DNA of 64,000 nucleotides, from the NCBI GenBank assembly GCA_963850905.1, contig CAWKMU010000003.1:384001-448000 (forward strand). The letters are read 5' to 3'. Origin of the DNA: an uncultured Gemmatimonadales bacterium. Lineage in GTDB: Bacteria > Gemmatimonadota > Gemmatimonadetes > Gemmatimonadales > Gemmatimonadaceae. Positions 10,299 to 21,017 of the stretch are shown piece after piece. The notes under the pieces are model-generated. The model saw nothing but the letters and a program-made list of their open reading frames with translations, did not search any database and was not told the origin of the DNA. A program made the position numbers and the translations under genes. Positions within the stretch are counted from its first letter, which is position 1. Every line of letters starts with the position of its first letter.

Positions 10299-10524
10299 CG
10301 AGAGACATCGTATCCAACGACCCGCGATCGTGCAACAGCCGTGCGACGACCGTGACGTGATGCACGCGATTTGTATCACGACTTCAAGACGAGTACGTGT
10401 CATCACACGGTCGCATTGGTGACCGCCCTGTTATCAGCCGACACTAGCATGTCAGACTGCCCCGCCGTCCGCGGGGTGAGCGCGATGGGGAGTCAAGCAG
10501 CATCCACCCAGTGGAGGACTGAGT

Positions 10525-12468
10525 ATGCACGGACTGAACCTGCGAAGGGCGGTCACGAGGTGTGTGATCGGCGCCGGGGCGATCGGGATCCCCGCGCTGC
10601 TTCACGCGCAACCGAAAGCGTCGGTCACCGCACAGAGCGATGACCAGCGCGGCGGAGAGAAGAGCGCTGGGAAAAACGATCGGTTCACGACCTCGCCGAT
10701 CAAGCACGTGATCTACATCATGGGCGAGAACCGCACGTTCGACCACGTGTTCGCGACCTACGTCGCACGGCCCGGACAAAGTGTCTGGAATCTCCTCTCG
10801 GAGGGCATCATCACGGCGGATGGCAAGCCCGGCCCGAACTGGAACAAGGCCAGGCAGTTCATGGCAATCGACAGTGGCGCTTTCTCGATGAATCCGAAGA
10901 AGGTTGGCGCGTACAGCACGCTGCCAGCCGTAAACACGGACGGGGCCCCCATGACGGCCCACTTCCCCACGATTGCGGCCGCAAAGGACACCGAGCCCGC
11001 GCTCCCCAACGGCTCCTACATCGAGCTCACGACCGGCGGCACGGGACAAATGAGCGACGTGCCCGACACGCGCTTCCCCGCGAAGCTGGCGAATGGTCCG
11101 TTCCAGATCAGCCTGTATACGTCGTACGACTCGTATACCTCGAGTCCCGTACACCGCTTCTTCCAGATGTGGCAGGAGATGGACTGCAACACCAAGAACG
11201 CGACGAAGCGGAATCCCAGTGGGTGCCAACAGGATCTGTGGCCGTGGGTCGAGACGACGGTCGGCGCCGGCACCAACGGCAAGCCGCTCCCGGCGGGGTT
11301 CACCGACGAGACCACCGGCGAAGGCGCCACCTCCATGGGCTATTGGAACGTGCAAGCCGGCGACGCGCCCTACTTCACCAAGCTGGCAGACGAGTACGCC
11401 CTCGACGACAACTTCCACCAGGCCATTGAGGGTGGGACGGGCGCAAACCACATCTTCGTCGGCTACGGCACCGCGATCTACTACGCCGACGCGAAGGGCA
11501 ACCCGGCGACACCGCCCAGCAACCAGATCGAGGACCCCGACGCGCAGAAAGGCACGAACAACTGGTGGGTACAGGATGGCTACAGCGGCGGATCGTACGT
11601 CGGCTGCTGGGACGCGACGCAGCCGGGCATTGCGGCAGTCCGCAAGTACGAAGCCGGCCTGAAGTACAAGGTGCTGGATGCGTGCCGCAAGAACGCCTAC
11701 TATCTCGTCAACAACTACAACCCCGGCTATTTCGGAACCGGCGTCGCCGCCCCGCTCGGCGCGAACATTTTCACCATTCCTGGCTCGACGCAGAACAACC
11801 TCGGTCTGGCGCTGAGCGCCCACCAGATTTCCTGGAAATACTACGGCGAAGGCTGGGCGGGCGGCACCGAGACGGGCGAGGCCAGCACGTATTGCAACAT
11901 CTGCAATCCGTTCCTGTACTCGACGCAGATCATGACAACCCCGAGTCTCCGTAAGAACCTGCAAGACATCCAGAACCTGTACGACGACATCGACAATGGC
12001 TCACTGCCCGCGGTGTCGATCGTCAAGCCGGACGGCTATCTGGACGGCCACCCGGCGTCGTCCAAGTGGGACCTCTACGAAGGGTTCGTCAAGAAGATCG
12101 TCGACAAGATCAAGGCCAATCCCGACGTCTGGAAGAACACGGCGATCTTTATCACGTGTGATGAGGGCGGCGGCTACTATGACTCGGGCTACATTCAGCC
12201 GCTCGATTTCTTCGGCGACGGCACTCGGATCCCGTTGCTGATCGTGTCCCCCTTCACGGAACACCGCGGTGTGGTGCACGCGTACGGCGACCACGTGTCA
12301 TTCCCCAAGTTCGTCGAGGCCAACTGGGGTCTGGAGACCCTCTCGGATCGGTCGCGTGACAACCTGCCCAACCCGATCACGCGTCACGACAATCCCTGGG
12401 TTCCGGTCAACAGCCCGGCGCTCAGCGACCTGATGGAGGTGTTCGATTTCCACCGCCATGGCGGCTGA
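10525..12468 (+). CDS. Secreted phospholipase C / acid phosphatase (phosphoesterase family, PlcH/AcpA-like)
   Basis: IKHVIYIMGENRTFDH, DNFHQ..GGTGANH, DGHP, TCDEGGGYYD, GTRIP, DHVS. N-terminal signal peptide and GGAGG RBS. Confidence 0.9.
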   Translation: MHGLNLRRAVTRCVIGAGAIGIPALLHAQPKASVTAQSDDQRGGEKSAGKNDRFTTSPIKHVIYIMGENRTFDHVFATYVARPGQSVWNLLSEGIITADGKPGPNWNKARQFMAIDSGAFSMNPKKVGAYSTLPAVNTDGAPMTAHFPTIAAAKDTEPALPNGSYIELTTGGTGQMSDVPDTRFPAKLANGPFQISLYTSYDSYTSSPVHRFFQMWQEMDCNTKNATKRNPSGCQQDLWPWVETTVGAGTNGKPLPAGFTDETTGEGATSMGYWNVQAGDAPYFTKLADEYALDDNFHQAIEGGTGANHIFVGYGTAIYYADAKGNPATPPSNQIEDPDAQKGTNNWWVQDGYSGGSYVGCWDATQPGIAAVRKYEAGLKYKVLDACRKNAYYLVNNYNPGYFGTGVAAPLGANIFTIPGSTQNNLGLALSAHQISWKYYGEGWAGGTETGEASTYCNICNPFLYSTQIMTTPSLRKNLQDIQNLYDDIDNGSLPAVSIVKPDGYLDGHPASSKWDLYEGFVKKIVDKIKANPDVWKNTAIFITCDEGGGYYDSGYIQPLDFFGDGTRIPLLIVSPFTEHRGVVHAYGDHVSFPKFVEANWGLETLSDRSRDNLPNPITRHDNPWVPVNSPALSDLMEVFDFHRHGG

Positions 12469-12635
12469 TCACGCACCAGGAACGCACTGTTCGACCAGCC
12501 GGGGCGGCGATGCCGCCCCGGCTGTGCGTTTTGAGCATGTGCAGGCGCGACGGTATCACCTGGCACGCGTTGTGACGGCTTGTGACCGTCACTCACGCGA
12601 GCGAGTCTTCGACTACTCACGTTCCAACGGGACGG

Positions 12636-14511
12636 ATGGCAGCTCTCCTGCGGTGCGCGATCGCGATAAGCCTTGCCGCCGTCCTCCACGGATGCGCCGA
12701 TTCGCCAACGACACCTGTGGCATCGGCCAATGTCGCCGTGGTGACCACGCTGTCCGCCCCCGGCCAATCCGCGGCCTTCCTCACGAGCCCGGCGTTCGCC
12801 ACGAACCTCGAGCTCGAGCCCGGCGCACGCTATCTGATCGCGATCGTCAACACCGGCACCGACGACGCGACGACCGAGAACTTCACGTTGGTGGGGTCGT
12901 ATGCGCCGACGGGGTCGCCTGAGCGAGCGCCAACCCTCACGGCCGGAGTGCCGAGCGGGACGACGATTCGCTACCGGGCGTCGGTTGCACCCGACCCGCG
13001 CTATCAGCTCACGAGCGACGTAACCAGACGGATCGCGTCAATGCGAAAGCTGCAGCAGCGGCACCTCGCGATGCTCGATCGCGATGCGCGCATTCTCGAG
13101 GACCACGCGAGCTTCGGCACCGTGCGCCCCTCGGCAGCGCCACGCAGCGCCGTCGTGCAGTCGCGGTCGATATCGTCGACGGTGGGCACGGTGCAGCAGG
13201 TCTACATCGCCAAGGGGTTGGTGGGCACGTGTACCGACGTCGACTCGGTCGGCGCGCGTACCGTCGCCGTCGGCCAGCACGTCATCGTGTTGGCGGACAC
13301 CGATCGGACCCGCTGGCCGAATGCGTTCCGGCCGGACTCGTCGTTCTATCGAGCCTTCGCCGACGAATACAATGCGATCACCTGGCCGCATCTCCTGACA
13401 TACATCGGCGACCCGCTCATCCTCAATGCAGCGTTGTCGCGTGTCGGCAAGGTGTCCCTGGTGATCTCACCGGTCTTGAACGGGTTCGCCGGCGGCGTCG
13501 CGTCGTTCGTCGACGCGTGCGACTTCAACCAGGTCCGGCCAGGACTGTCGCTCGGCAACCACACGGAGATTTTCTACTACTGGACACCAGATCCCGCGCA
13601 AGGCTGGCCCGTGCAGGCGTGGGAGGATTTCCTGCGGGCAACCGCGGCGCACGAGAGTAAGCACATCGTCTCCTTTGCCGAGCATCTCCTCAACAACGAC
13701 TTTCGAGTGCGCGAGCTGACGTGGCTCGAGGAAGGATTGGCCCAGGAGTCCTCGGAGATCTGGGAACGGCACTTCAATGGTGCGAGAATGGAAGAGCCGC
13801 GCGACGTTTGACCAGACCGTCGCATGCGAGCTCGAGTTGATGGCGAGGAGGTCTTCCTGCGATGCGAACGGCACGAAGCCGATCGCGCTCAGCGTCAGTC
13901 ACCTGCCGTTCCTGTTTGAGTACCTGCAGGAGGAAAGCACCACACCGATGGGTCGGGGCTTGGGGAGCGACACACCGTCCAACTACGGCGCGGGGTGGCA
14001 GTTTGCCCGCTGGACAACCGATCAATACGGCTCCAGCGAAGGGACGTTCATCAAGTCACTCATCAATGAGGCGGCCCTCAACGGCCTGCCCAATCTCGCC
14101 AAACACACGGGGCGCTCGATCCAGGAGCTTCTCGTCTACTGGAGCCTCGCGTCGGCCATCTTCGATACGACGTCCTACACCGCCGCGGATGAGCGCACCA
14201 CCAATCCTTCGTTCGATTTCGGCAACATCTTTCTCACCGGCCAGACCATGGTCGGGTGTTCGCCGATGCGCTGCGGTCTCTTCTCGGGCACCGGTTCCCC
14301 GACGCCAGCCTACCCCGTGCAACCCGTGATCGACAGCGCCACCGTCAGCCCGCTCCGTACGACGGTGAGGGGCATCCCGGGGACCGCTGCCTACTACGTG
14401 CTGCTGATCGCGCCAAACGCAGGAACCGAGCGCCTCGAGCTCCAGAGTGGGAGCGGCGGCGCGATCGCTCCAGGCAGCGCCCTCCGCGTCGGCGTGCTGC
14501 GCGTCAGATAG
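12636..14511 (+). CDS. Putative Zn-metalloprotease lipoprotein (frameshift near 13785)
   Basis: Lipobox LHG|C, AHESKH followed by WLEEGLA (HExxH...EG, gluzincin-like). ORFs 12582..13811 and 13777..14511 read as one protein. Confidence 0.65.
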
Positions 14512-14624
14512 CTCCGAAACCACCATCCCGCGACGGGCCGACGCCACGACGTCGGCACACCGCCAGTGGCAAGCGGGGTGAAGCACGCGAGCATTCCCGC
14601 CGACTCGCGCGTAACAGGGGATAG

Positions 14625-16250
14625 GTGTGGCGTGGTGCTTGCCTGTCGCCCTTCCTGGCCATGATCACGGGATGTCATCTGCGTCGCGCCTTGAAGCGCT
14701 GCGCACTGGTAGCGGTTGCCAGTGGGACGACTGGTTTTTGGGGTAGCGACGTCCTGAGCGCGCAGGTCACCACGACGCCGCCCGCGGTCCCCGGCATGCC
14801 GGGACAGGCGAGCGGTCAGGCATCCGTCTTCTCGCTGGACTCCGCGATGCGCGCCGCCGACACGGTCACGTTTCGGCCCGATACCACCATGGCGCTCCAC
14901 GACATCGTCCAAAATGCGCTACGGGCGAGTCCCATCACCGCTGGCGCCGTCGCCGATCTCCGGACCGCCCGGTCCGACGAGCAGGTCGCCGCTGGCGAGT
15001 TTCTGCCGACGCTCGATCTCACCTCCAGCGCGCTCCATCACGGGACGCCGTCGTTTAGTGGCATCACGACGGCCGGTGCGGTGACGGGGACGATACCGGG
15101 CGCAACGGTCAGCGGCAGTAGCGTGACCGGGCCGAGTGCGCACCAAGCGGTTGATCCCCTCACCGCCGCCCGGCAGGGCCTCGGCCTACAGCTCCAGAGC
15201 GCCGTGGCGTCCAGCGCGCCGGTCGTGATCGCCGGGCCCTACGCCACCGGTCTGGTCTCCGGCGTCGCCGCGTGGGACATCTTTACCGCCGGTCGGCGCG
15301 GTGCAGACGTACGGTTCGGCCGCGCGGAGACGAGGGCAGCCCTGTCCTCGCAGGTCGAGCAGAACTTCATCGTCATGGCCGACGTCAAGACGGCGTTCTT
15401 CAATGTGCTGCGCGCCGAAGATCTCGCGGCCGTGGCGCAGGTCGAGATCCAGCGGGCCCAGGGCGATCTTCGGGCCGCACAGCATCGTCGAGAGGTCGGT
15501 ACGGCCACGCCAGCCGACATCCTGCAGTTCGAGCTGAATCTCGCGACAGCATTCCAGACTCTCATTCAGGCCCGCATCAACCAACGATCCAACGCATACG
15601 AGCTCGGACGGCTGGCCGGTCTCGACCTGTCCGTGGACGCTCACCGAGAGGGCTCGTACGACCCCACTCCGTTGGCGCTCTCGGACTCGGGAGTCATCGC
15701 CCTCGCATTGCGCGCGGCACCCGGCCTGCTCGCGTCGCGCGACTCCTCTCACGCAGCCGACGCAGCGGTCGCCGCCGCGAAGACGCAGTACCTGCCCACG
15801 CTCACCTTGGGCGGGAGCTACACCTGGTACAGCGCGCCGATCGTGGCCGCCAGCCCCGCCCCAGGATGGGCCGTCGACATCGGCACGACCTTCCCGATAT
15901 TCAATGGCTTCCTGCGCGAAGCGGTTGTAGAGCGCGCATCGGCTCGTTCGTACGCCGCGCGGTACGCGGCTCGCGACGCAGAACGCTTCACTCGCTCGCA
16001 AGCGCAATCGTTGCTCGGTGCCGTGATGCTGGCGGCGGAGAACGTCGCGGTCGCAAAGGGCTCGCTCGCCGTCGCCCAGGAGAACTACCGGGTGGTCAGC
16101 ACCCGCTACGGCGTCGGCGTCGCCACGGTCCTCGACTTGTCCGTGGCCGAGCAAACCCTGGCGAGCGCCGAGCAAACACTGGTGAACGCGCGCTACGACT
16201 ACCAACTGGCCCGTGCCAACCTCCAGACCCTCCTCGGCCGTGAGATCTAA
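14625..16250 (+). CDS. TolC-family outer-membrane efflux protein
   Basis: Two OEP repeats (FLPTLDL / YLPTLTL, PIFNGF, RYGVGVATVLDL). Confidence 0.88.
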   Translation: MWRGACLSPFLAMITGCHLRRALKRCALVAVASGTTGFWGSDVLSAQVTTTPPAVPGMPGQASGQASVFSLDSAMRAADTVTFRPDTTMALHDIVQNALRASPITAGAVADLRTARSDEQVAAGEFLPTLDLTSSALHHGTPSFSGITTAGAVTGTIPGATVSGSSVTGPSAHQAVDPLTAARQGLGLQLQSAVASSAPVVIAGPYATGLVSGVAAWDIFTAGRRGADVRFGRAETRAALSSQVEQNFIVMADVKTAFFNVLRAEDLAAVAQVEIQRAQGDLRAAQHRREVGTATPADILQFELNLATAFQTLIQARINQRSNAYELGRLAGLDLSVDAHREGSYDPTPLALSDSGVIALALRAAPGLLASRDSSHAADAAVAAAKTQYLPTLTLGGSYTWYSAPIVAASPAPGWAVDIGTTFPIFNGFLREAVVERASARSYAARYAARDAERFTRSQAQSLLGAVMLAAENVAVAKGSLAVAQENYRVVSTRYGVGVATVLDLSVAEQTLASAEQTLVNARYDYQLARANLQTLLGREI

Positions 16251-16262
16251 CCCCTTGTTGTT

Positions 16263-19200
16263 ATGTGGATAGTTCGCCTGGCGCTCCGTCGGCCATACAC
16301 CACGCTGTGTATGGCACTGCTGATGTTACTGGTCGGTGTGTTCGCCGCACTCTCGATGTCGACGGACATTTTTCCGACCACCAACATCCCGATCGTCTCC
16401 GTCGTCTGGTTCTACAACGGCCTGCAGGCCAACGACATGGCCGGCCGCATCGTGACGATCAGCGAGCGCGCGTACACGACCGGGGTGGCCGACATCGAAC
16501 ACATCGAATCGGAGTCGCTCGACAACGTCGCAGTGATCCGCGTCTACATCCAGCCGAGCGGCAATATCGCGTCGGCGATCGCGCAGGTCACGAGCACGTC
16601 CCAGGCTATCACGCGCCTGTGCCCGCCGGGCACCACACCGCCGTACGTAATTCGCTACAGCGCGACCGACGTGCCAGTGATGGAGGTCGGCATCACGAGC
16701 GAGACGGCGGGGGAAGGGGAGCTCAACGACAACGGCAACAACTTCGTGCGCCCGTTCCTGGTGACCGCGCAGGGCGCCAATCTCCCGCCGGTTTTCGGCG
16801 GCCCGCCGAAACAGGTCAACGTCGACATCGACCTCGCGGCACTGCAATCCAAGGGGCTCTCACCGATCAATGTCAGCACGGCGATCAGCCTGCAGAACAT
16901 CATCCTGCCGGCCGGCACACAGAAGATGGGAACGCGCGAATACCAAGTCGCGCTCAACTCGAGCCCGGAAGTCCTGAGCCGCCTGGCCGACTCGCCGATC
17001 CGGATGGTCAACGGCCAAATGGTGTTCATCCGGGACGTAGCCCAGATCCGCCTCGGCGCCGGCGTGCAGACCAACATCGTTCGCATCAACGGTCGCCGCG
17101 CCGCGTACATCCAGGTGCTGAAGTTCGGGGCGGCTTCAACCATCGCGGTGGTCAACCGGATCCGGCAGCTGCTGCCAGCGGCGCAGGCGGCCATTCCGCC
17201 GGACATCCATCTGAACGTCGTGCAGGATCAGTCACTCTACGTCCGCAACGCGATCAGCGGGGTCATCCGCGAGGGGGTCATCGCCGCCTGTCTCACGGCG
17301 CTCATGATTCTGCTCTTCCTGGGCAGCTGGCGTAGTACCGTGATCGTCGCGATCTCGATCCCGCTCTCCATCTTGTCCTCGATCATCGTGCTGTGGGCGT
17401 TGGGCGAGACCATCAACATTCAGTCGCTCGGCGGTCTCGCGCTCGCTGTCGGGATTCTCGTGGATGACGCAACGGTCGAGATCGAGAACGTCCACCGCAA
17501 CATGGCGCAGGGCAAAGACCTGCTGCAAGCCATCATCGACGCGGCATCGCAGGTCGCCGTACCGGCCATCGTCGCGTCGCTCTCGATCTGCATCGTGTTC
17601 GTTCCAATTTTCTTCCTGAGCGGCGCATCGGCGTCGCTGTTCAAGCCGCTCGCGCTTGCAGTCATCTTCGCGATTCTCGCGTCCTATCTCCTCTCGCGAA
17701 CGCTCGTCCCGACAATGGTGCGATACATGTTGGGCGGTGAGCTGGAGATGTATCGGGGGACCGACGAAGAGCAGATCGAGAAACGGCGGAACGCGAACTG
17801 GCCGTGGCGCGTCAACGCGTTCGTCGAGGTTGGCTTCGGTCGGTTTCGCGACCGCTATGCGTCCTTGCTCAAGCTCGCGCTCGACCACAAGGTCGTCACG
17901 CTGGGGGTCGGCGCGGCCTTCATCGGGCTGAGTATGCTGCTCATTCCCGCGATCGGAGAGGATTTTTTCCCCGCCGTCAATGCCGGGGTGTTCCAGCTCC
18001 ACGTTCGGGCGCCGTCGGGGACACGCCTCGAGGAGAGCGAATTGGTGTTCGGCGCCGTCGAGCGGACGATCCGCCGGCTCATCCCCGCGGACGAGATCCA
18101 GCTCCTGCGCGACAACATCGGGCTTGCGGGCGGTGGCGTGGCGCTCGCGACCGGCGACCTCTCGGTCATCGGCCCGGCCGACGGCCAGCTTCTGGTCGTG
18201 TTCAGCCGCAAGCGCAGTCACCCAACCGCCGAGTATCAGCGCCTGGTGCGAGACACACTCGTCCGCGAGTTCCCCGACGATCAGTTCTGGTACCAGCCCG
18301 CCGACATCGTCACGCAAGTGCTCAATCAGGGGCTGGCGGCGCCCATCGACGTGCAAATCGCCGGGCGGGCCAAGGATAGCAATTATGCACTGGCCCAGGA
18401 GATGGCGAGCGAGATCAAGCGGTTGCCGGGTGCCGCGGATGTGCGGATTCGCCAGGTCATGGATGAGCCACAAATCTTCTTCAGCGTCGACCGGGATCGC
18501 GCGCAACAGGTCGGTTTGACGCAGCAAAGTATCGCCCAGGCGATGCTGGTCTCGCTTAGCGGAAGTTTCCAGACGGCCCCGAACTTCTGGCTCGATCCGT
18601 CGAATGGGGTGAACTACAGCGTGTTCGTACAGACTCCGCAGTACAAACTCACGAACCTCGCCGAGCTCGCGCAGACGCCGGTCACGAGTAGCGCCGCCGG
18701 AACGAACACGACGGTCACGCCGCAACTGTTCGGCAACCTCGCCACCACGGCGCGTCGAGCAGTGCCCGCGGTCGTCAACCACTACAACATTCAGCAATCC
18801 TTCGACGTGTACGCCGATCCCGAAGGCCGGGACCTCGGCGGCCTGGCGAGTGACGTCGACCGCTTGATTGACGACATGCGGGCCAAGCTCCCCCGTGGGT
18901 CCTCGATCGTGCTGCGAGGGCAGGTGCAGAGCATGCGCTCCTCCTTCAGCGGGCTCATTGGTGGAGTCCTCGCGGCGTTGGTCCTCGTGTTCATTATCCT
19001 GATGGTGAACTTCCAGACATTCCTCGATCCGCTCGTCATCATCATGGCGCTCCCCGGCGCGGTCGCCGGCGTCCTCTGGGCATTGTTCGTGACGGGCACG
19101 ACGTTCAACGTCCCGTCGCTCATGGGGATGATCATGGCGCTCGGCGTCGCGACGTCGAATAGTGTGCTGTTGATCACGTTCGCCGATGACGCGCGGCAAG

Positions 19201-19562
19201 GCGGCTTCAACGCCCACGACGCCGCGATCGAGGCCGGCACGACACGACTCCGGCCCGTCATCATGACGGCGCTGGCGATGATCATCGGCATGGTGCCAAT
19301 GGCCCTGGCGTTGGCCGAAGGGGGCGAGGAGAATGCGCCATTGGGACGCGCGGTGATCGGCGGCCTGCTCGTCGCCAGCGTCTATACGCTCATTCTCGTG
19401 CCGGTGATGTACGCCACCATCAGGACATCGATGCCTCTCGAGGAGATCACACTGCCCGACGCGACGCCAATTGATGTCCAGTTCGCCGCGCCCGGACACG
19501 TGCCGCGTTCACAGACCAGCAGCGGGTCGGGCACGCCGGACGGGACGCCGCACCATGGCTGA
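16263..19562 (+). CDS. RND efflux permease (AcrB/CzcA superfamily)
   Basis: 1099 aa; GILVDDATVEIENVHR, RLRPVIMT, PLGRAVIGG. Confidence 0.95.
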   Translation: MWIVRLALRRPYTTLCMALLMLLVGVFAALSMSTDIFPTTNIPIVSVVWFYNGLQANDMAGRIVTISERAYTTGVADIEHIESESLDNVAVIRVYIQPSGNIASAIAQVTSTSQAITRLCPPGTTPPYVIRYSATDVPVMEVGITSETAGEGELNDNGNNFVRPFLVTAQGANLPPVFGGPPKQVNVDIDLAALQSKGLSPINVSTAISLQNIILPAGTQKMGTREYQVALNSSPEVLSRLADSPIRMVNGQMVFIRDVAQIRLGAGVQTNIVRINGRRAAYIQVLKFGAASTIAVVNRIRQLLPAAQAAIPPDIHLNVVQDQSLYVRNAISGVIREGVIAACLTALMILLFLGSWRSTVIVAISIPLSILSSIIVLWALGETINIQSLGGLALAVGILVDDATVEIENVHRNMAQGKDLLQAIIDAASQVAVPAIVASLSICIVFVPIFFLSGASASLFKPLALAVIFAILASYLLSRTLVPTMVRYMLGGELEMYRGTDEEQIEKRRNANWPWRVNAFVEVGFGRFRDRYASLLKLALDHKVVTLGVGAAFIGLSMLLIPAIGEDFFPAVNAGVFQLHVRAPSGTRLEESELVFGAVERTIRRLIPADEIQLLRDNIGLAGGGVALATGDLSVIGPADGQLLVVFSRKRSHPTAEYQRLVRDTLVREFPDDQFWYQPADIVTQVLNQGLAAPIDVQIAGRAKDSNYALAQEMASEIKRLPGAADVRIRQVMDEPQIFFSVDRDRAQQVGLTQQSIAQAMLVSLSGSFQTAPNFWLDPSNGVNYSVFVQTPQYKLTNLAELAQTPVTSSAAGTNTTVTPQLFGNLATTARRAVPAVVNHYNIQQSFDVYADPEGRDLGGLASDVDRLIDDMRAKLPRGSSIVLRGQVQSMRSSFSGLIGGVLAALVLVFIILMVNFQTFLDPLVIIMALPGAVAGVLWALFVTGTTFNVPSLMGMIMALGVATSNSVLLITFADDARQGGFNAHDAAIEAGTTRLRPVIMTALAMIIGMVPMALALAEGGEENAPLGRAVIGGLLVASVYTLILVPVMYATIRTSMPLEEITLPDATPIDVQFAAPGHVPRSQTSSGSGTPDGTPHHG

Positions 19563-20976
19563 TCAGATCGTACCGCCCCCTCGCCCCGAACCCGATCGCC
19601 ACCGGTTGTGGATTGGGACGGCAGTGGTGCTCGGCACGCTGATCGTCCTGCTGCTCGCGGGCCTTCTTCCGCATCGCGCTCGCCAACGCGAGCTCGCGAC
19701 CCGAGCTCGGCAGGCGGCGCTCGATGACAGCATTCCGCGCGTCGGCGTCGTGCGCATCGCGCGCGGCACGCCCGAAGCGGATTTGATGCTGCCGGGGACA
19801 CTGCAGGGAAACCATCTGACGTCGCTCTACGCACGATCATCAGGCTATGTCGAGCGGTGGTATGCCGACATGGGCACGCGAGTCCACCGAGGAGAGCTGC
19901 TGGCGACTATCGAGGCGCCCGATGTCGACCAGGAATTGGCGCAAGCCCAGCAACAGGCGGCCAACGCACGCGCAACGCTCCAGCTGAATCAGGTGAACCT
20001 CGCGCGCTGGAAGGTGCTGTACCGCGACAGCACCGTTACGAAGCAGGAGCTGGACACCTTTCAGGCCAATTATGACGCCTCGGTGGCGAGCGTCGCGGGC
20101 GCCGATGCCAACGTGCACCGTTTGGAGGCTCTCGTCGGCTTCCAACGGATCACCGCACCCTTCGATGGTGTCATCACCGCGCGCAACGTCGACAACGGCG
20201 TGTTTGTGACCGCGGTCGGGACTACCAATACCCCTCAACCCGCTGGCACCGGAGGCAACACACTAATCAACACCAATGAAGCCACCGAGCTCTTTCGCCT
20301 CGCCAGCACGGACACCGTCCGCCTCTATGTCGGCGTGCCGCAGTCGTATGCCGTAGCCCTGCGAATCGGTATGCCTGCGACACTCTCCCTTCGAGACTTG
20401 CCCGGCCGTGTGTTCTCCGGCCGCGTCACCCGCACAGCCAACGCGGTCGACGCGGCATCCCTCACCCTGCTGGCCGAGGTCGACGTCATCAATTCCGACC
20501 GGTCCCTGCTCCCGGGGATGTTCGCGCAGACGCACTTTCGTTTCGAGCGGTCCAACCCGCCGCTGCTCATGCCCGGCACAGCGATGATCTTCCGCACGTC
20601 CGCACCGCAAGCAGCGGTCGTCGGCAGCGATTCCATCGTGCACTTCCGCACCGTCCAGATCGGCCGCGATTTCGGCACCGTCATCGAGGTCGACTCGGGA
20701 CTCGCGGACGGTGACTACGTGGTCGCCCAACCCAACGACGCGCTCCGCAATGGGCAACGCGTGCGCGCACGCCTCGAGGCGGAGAATGGCGTACCAGGCG
20801 CGGACACCGCGCGGGGACAACCGGTCGCGCCGCCACGGACACCAGGCCCGCCGACGACGACGTCGCGAGGCAGTCCACCGGCAAGCCCGCCCACGCCGCC
20901 AAGCGGCGCGACGTACAAATCTCCGCCGCAAGTGGAGAGCGGATTCCCAGCCGCTTCGCCTCCGGCGAAGCGGTAA
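19555..20976 (+). CDS. RND periplasmic adaptor (membrane fusion protein)
   Basis: TM anchor, lipoyl halves (ARSSGYV...; ITAPFDGVI), LLPGMF, Pro-rich tail. Confidence 0.92.
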   Translation: MADQIVPPPRPEPDRHRLWIGTAVVLGTLIVLLLAGLLPHRARQRELATRARQAALDDSIPRVGVVRIARGTPEADLMLPGTLQGNHLTSLYARSSGYVERWYADMGTRVHRGELLATIEAPDVDQELAQAQQQAANARATLQLNQVNLARWKVLYRDSTVTKQELDTFQANYDASVASVAGADANVHRLEALVGFQRITAPFDGVITARNVDNGVFVTAVGTTNTPQPAGTGGNTLINTNEATELFRLASTDTVRLYVGVPQSYAVALRIGMPATLSLRDLPGRVFSGRVTRTANAVDAASLTLLAEVDVINSDRSLLPGMFAQTHFRFERSNPPLLMPGTAMIFRTSAPQAAVVGSDSIVHFRTVQIGRDFGTVIEVDSGLADGDYVVAQPNDALRNGQRVRARLEAENGVPGADTARGQPVAPPRTPGPPTTTSRGSPPASPPTPPSGATYKSPPQVESGFPAASPPAKR

Positions 20977-21001
20977 GTAGGGGCGACGCCATGCGTCGCC
21001 C
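20977..21001 (+). repeat. GTAG-family REP
   Basis: GTAG-GGGCGACGC-CAT-GCGTCGCCC immediately after the MFP stop codon. Confidence 0.85.
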
Positions 21002-21017
21002 GCGTGTTTCCCGGTGA

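Noticed and set aside
17232..19499. Long antisense ORFs (e.g. 755 aa opposite the RND gene; also 2626-4353, 10444-11964 and 27057-28523)
   Set aside because: Shadow ORFs expected from high-GC codon bias, with no recognisable motifs.
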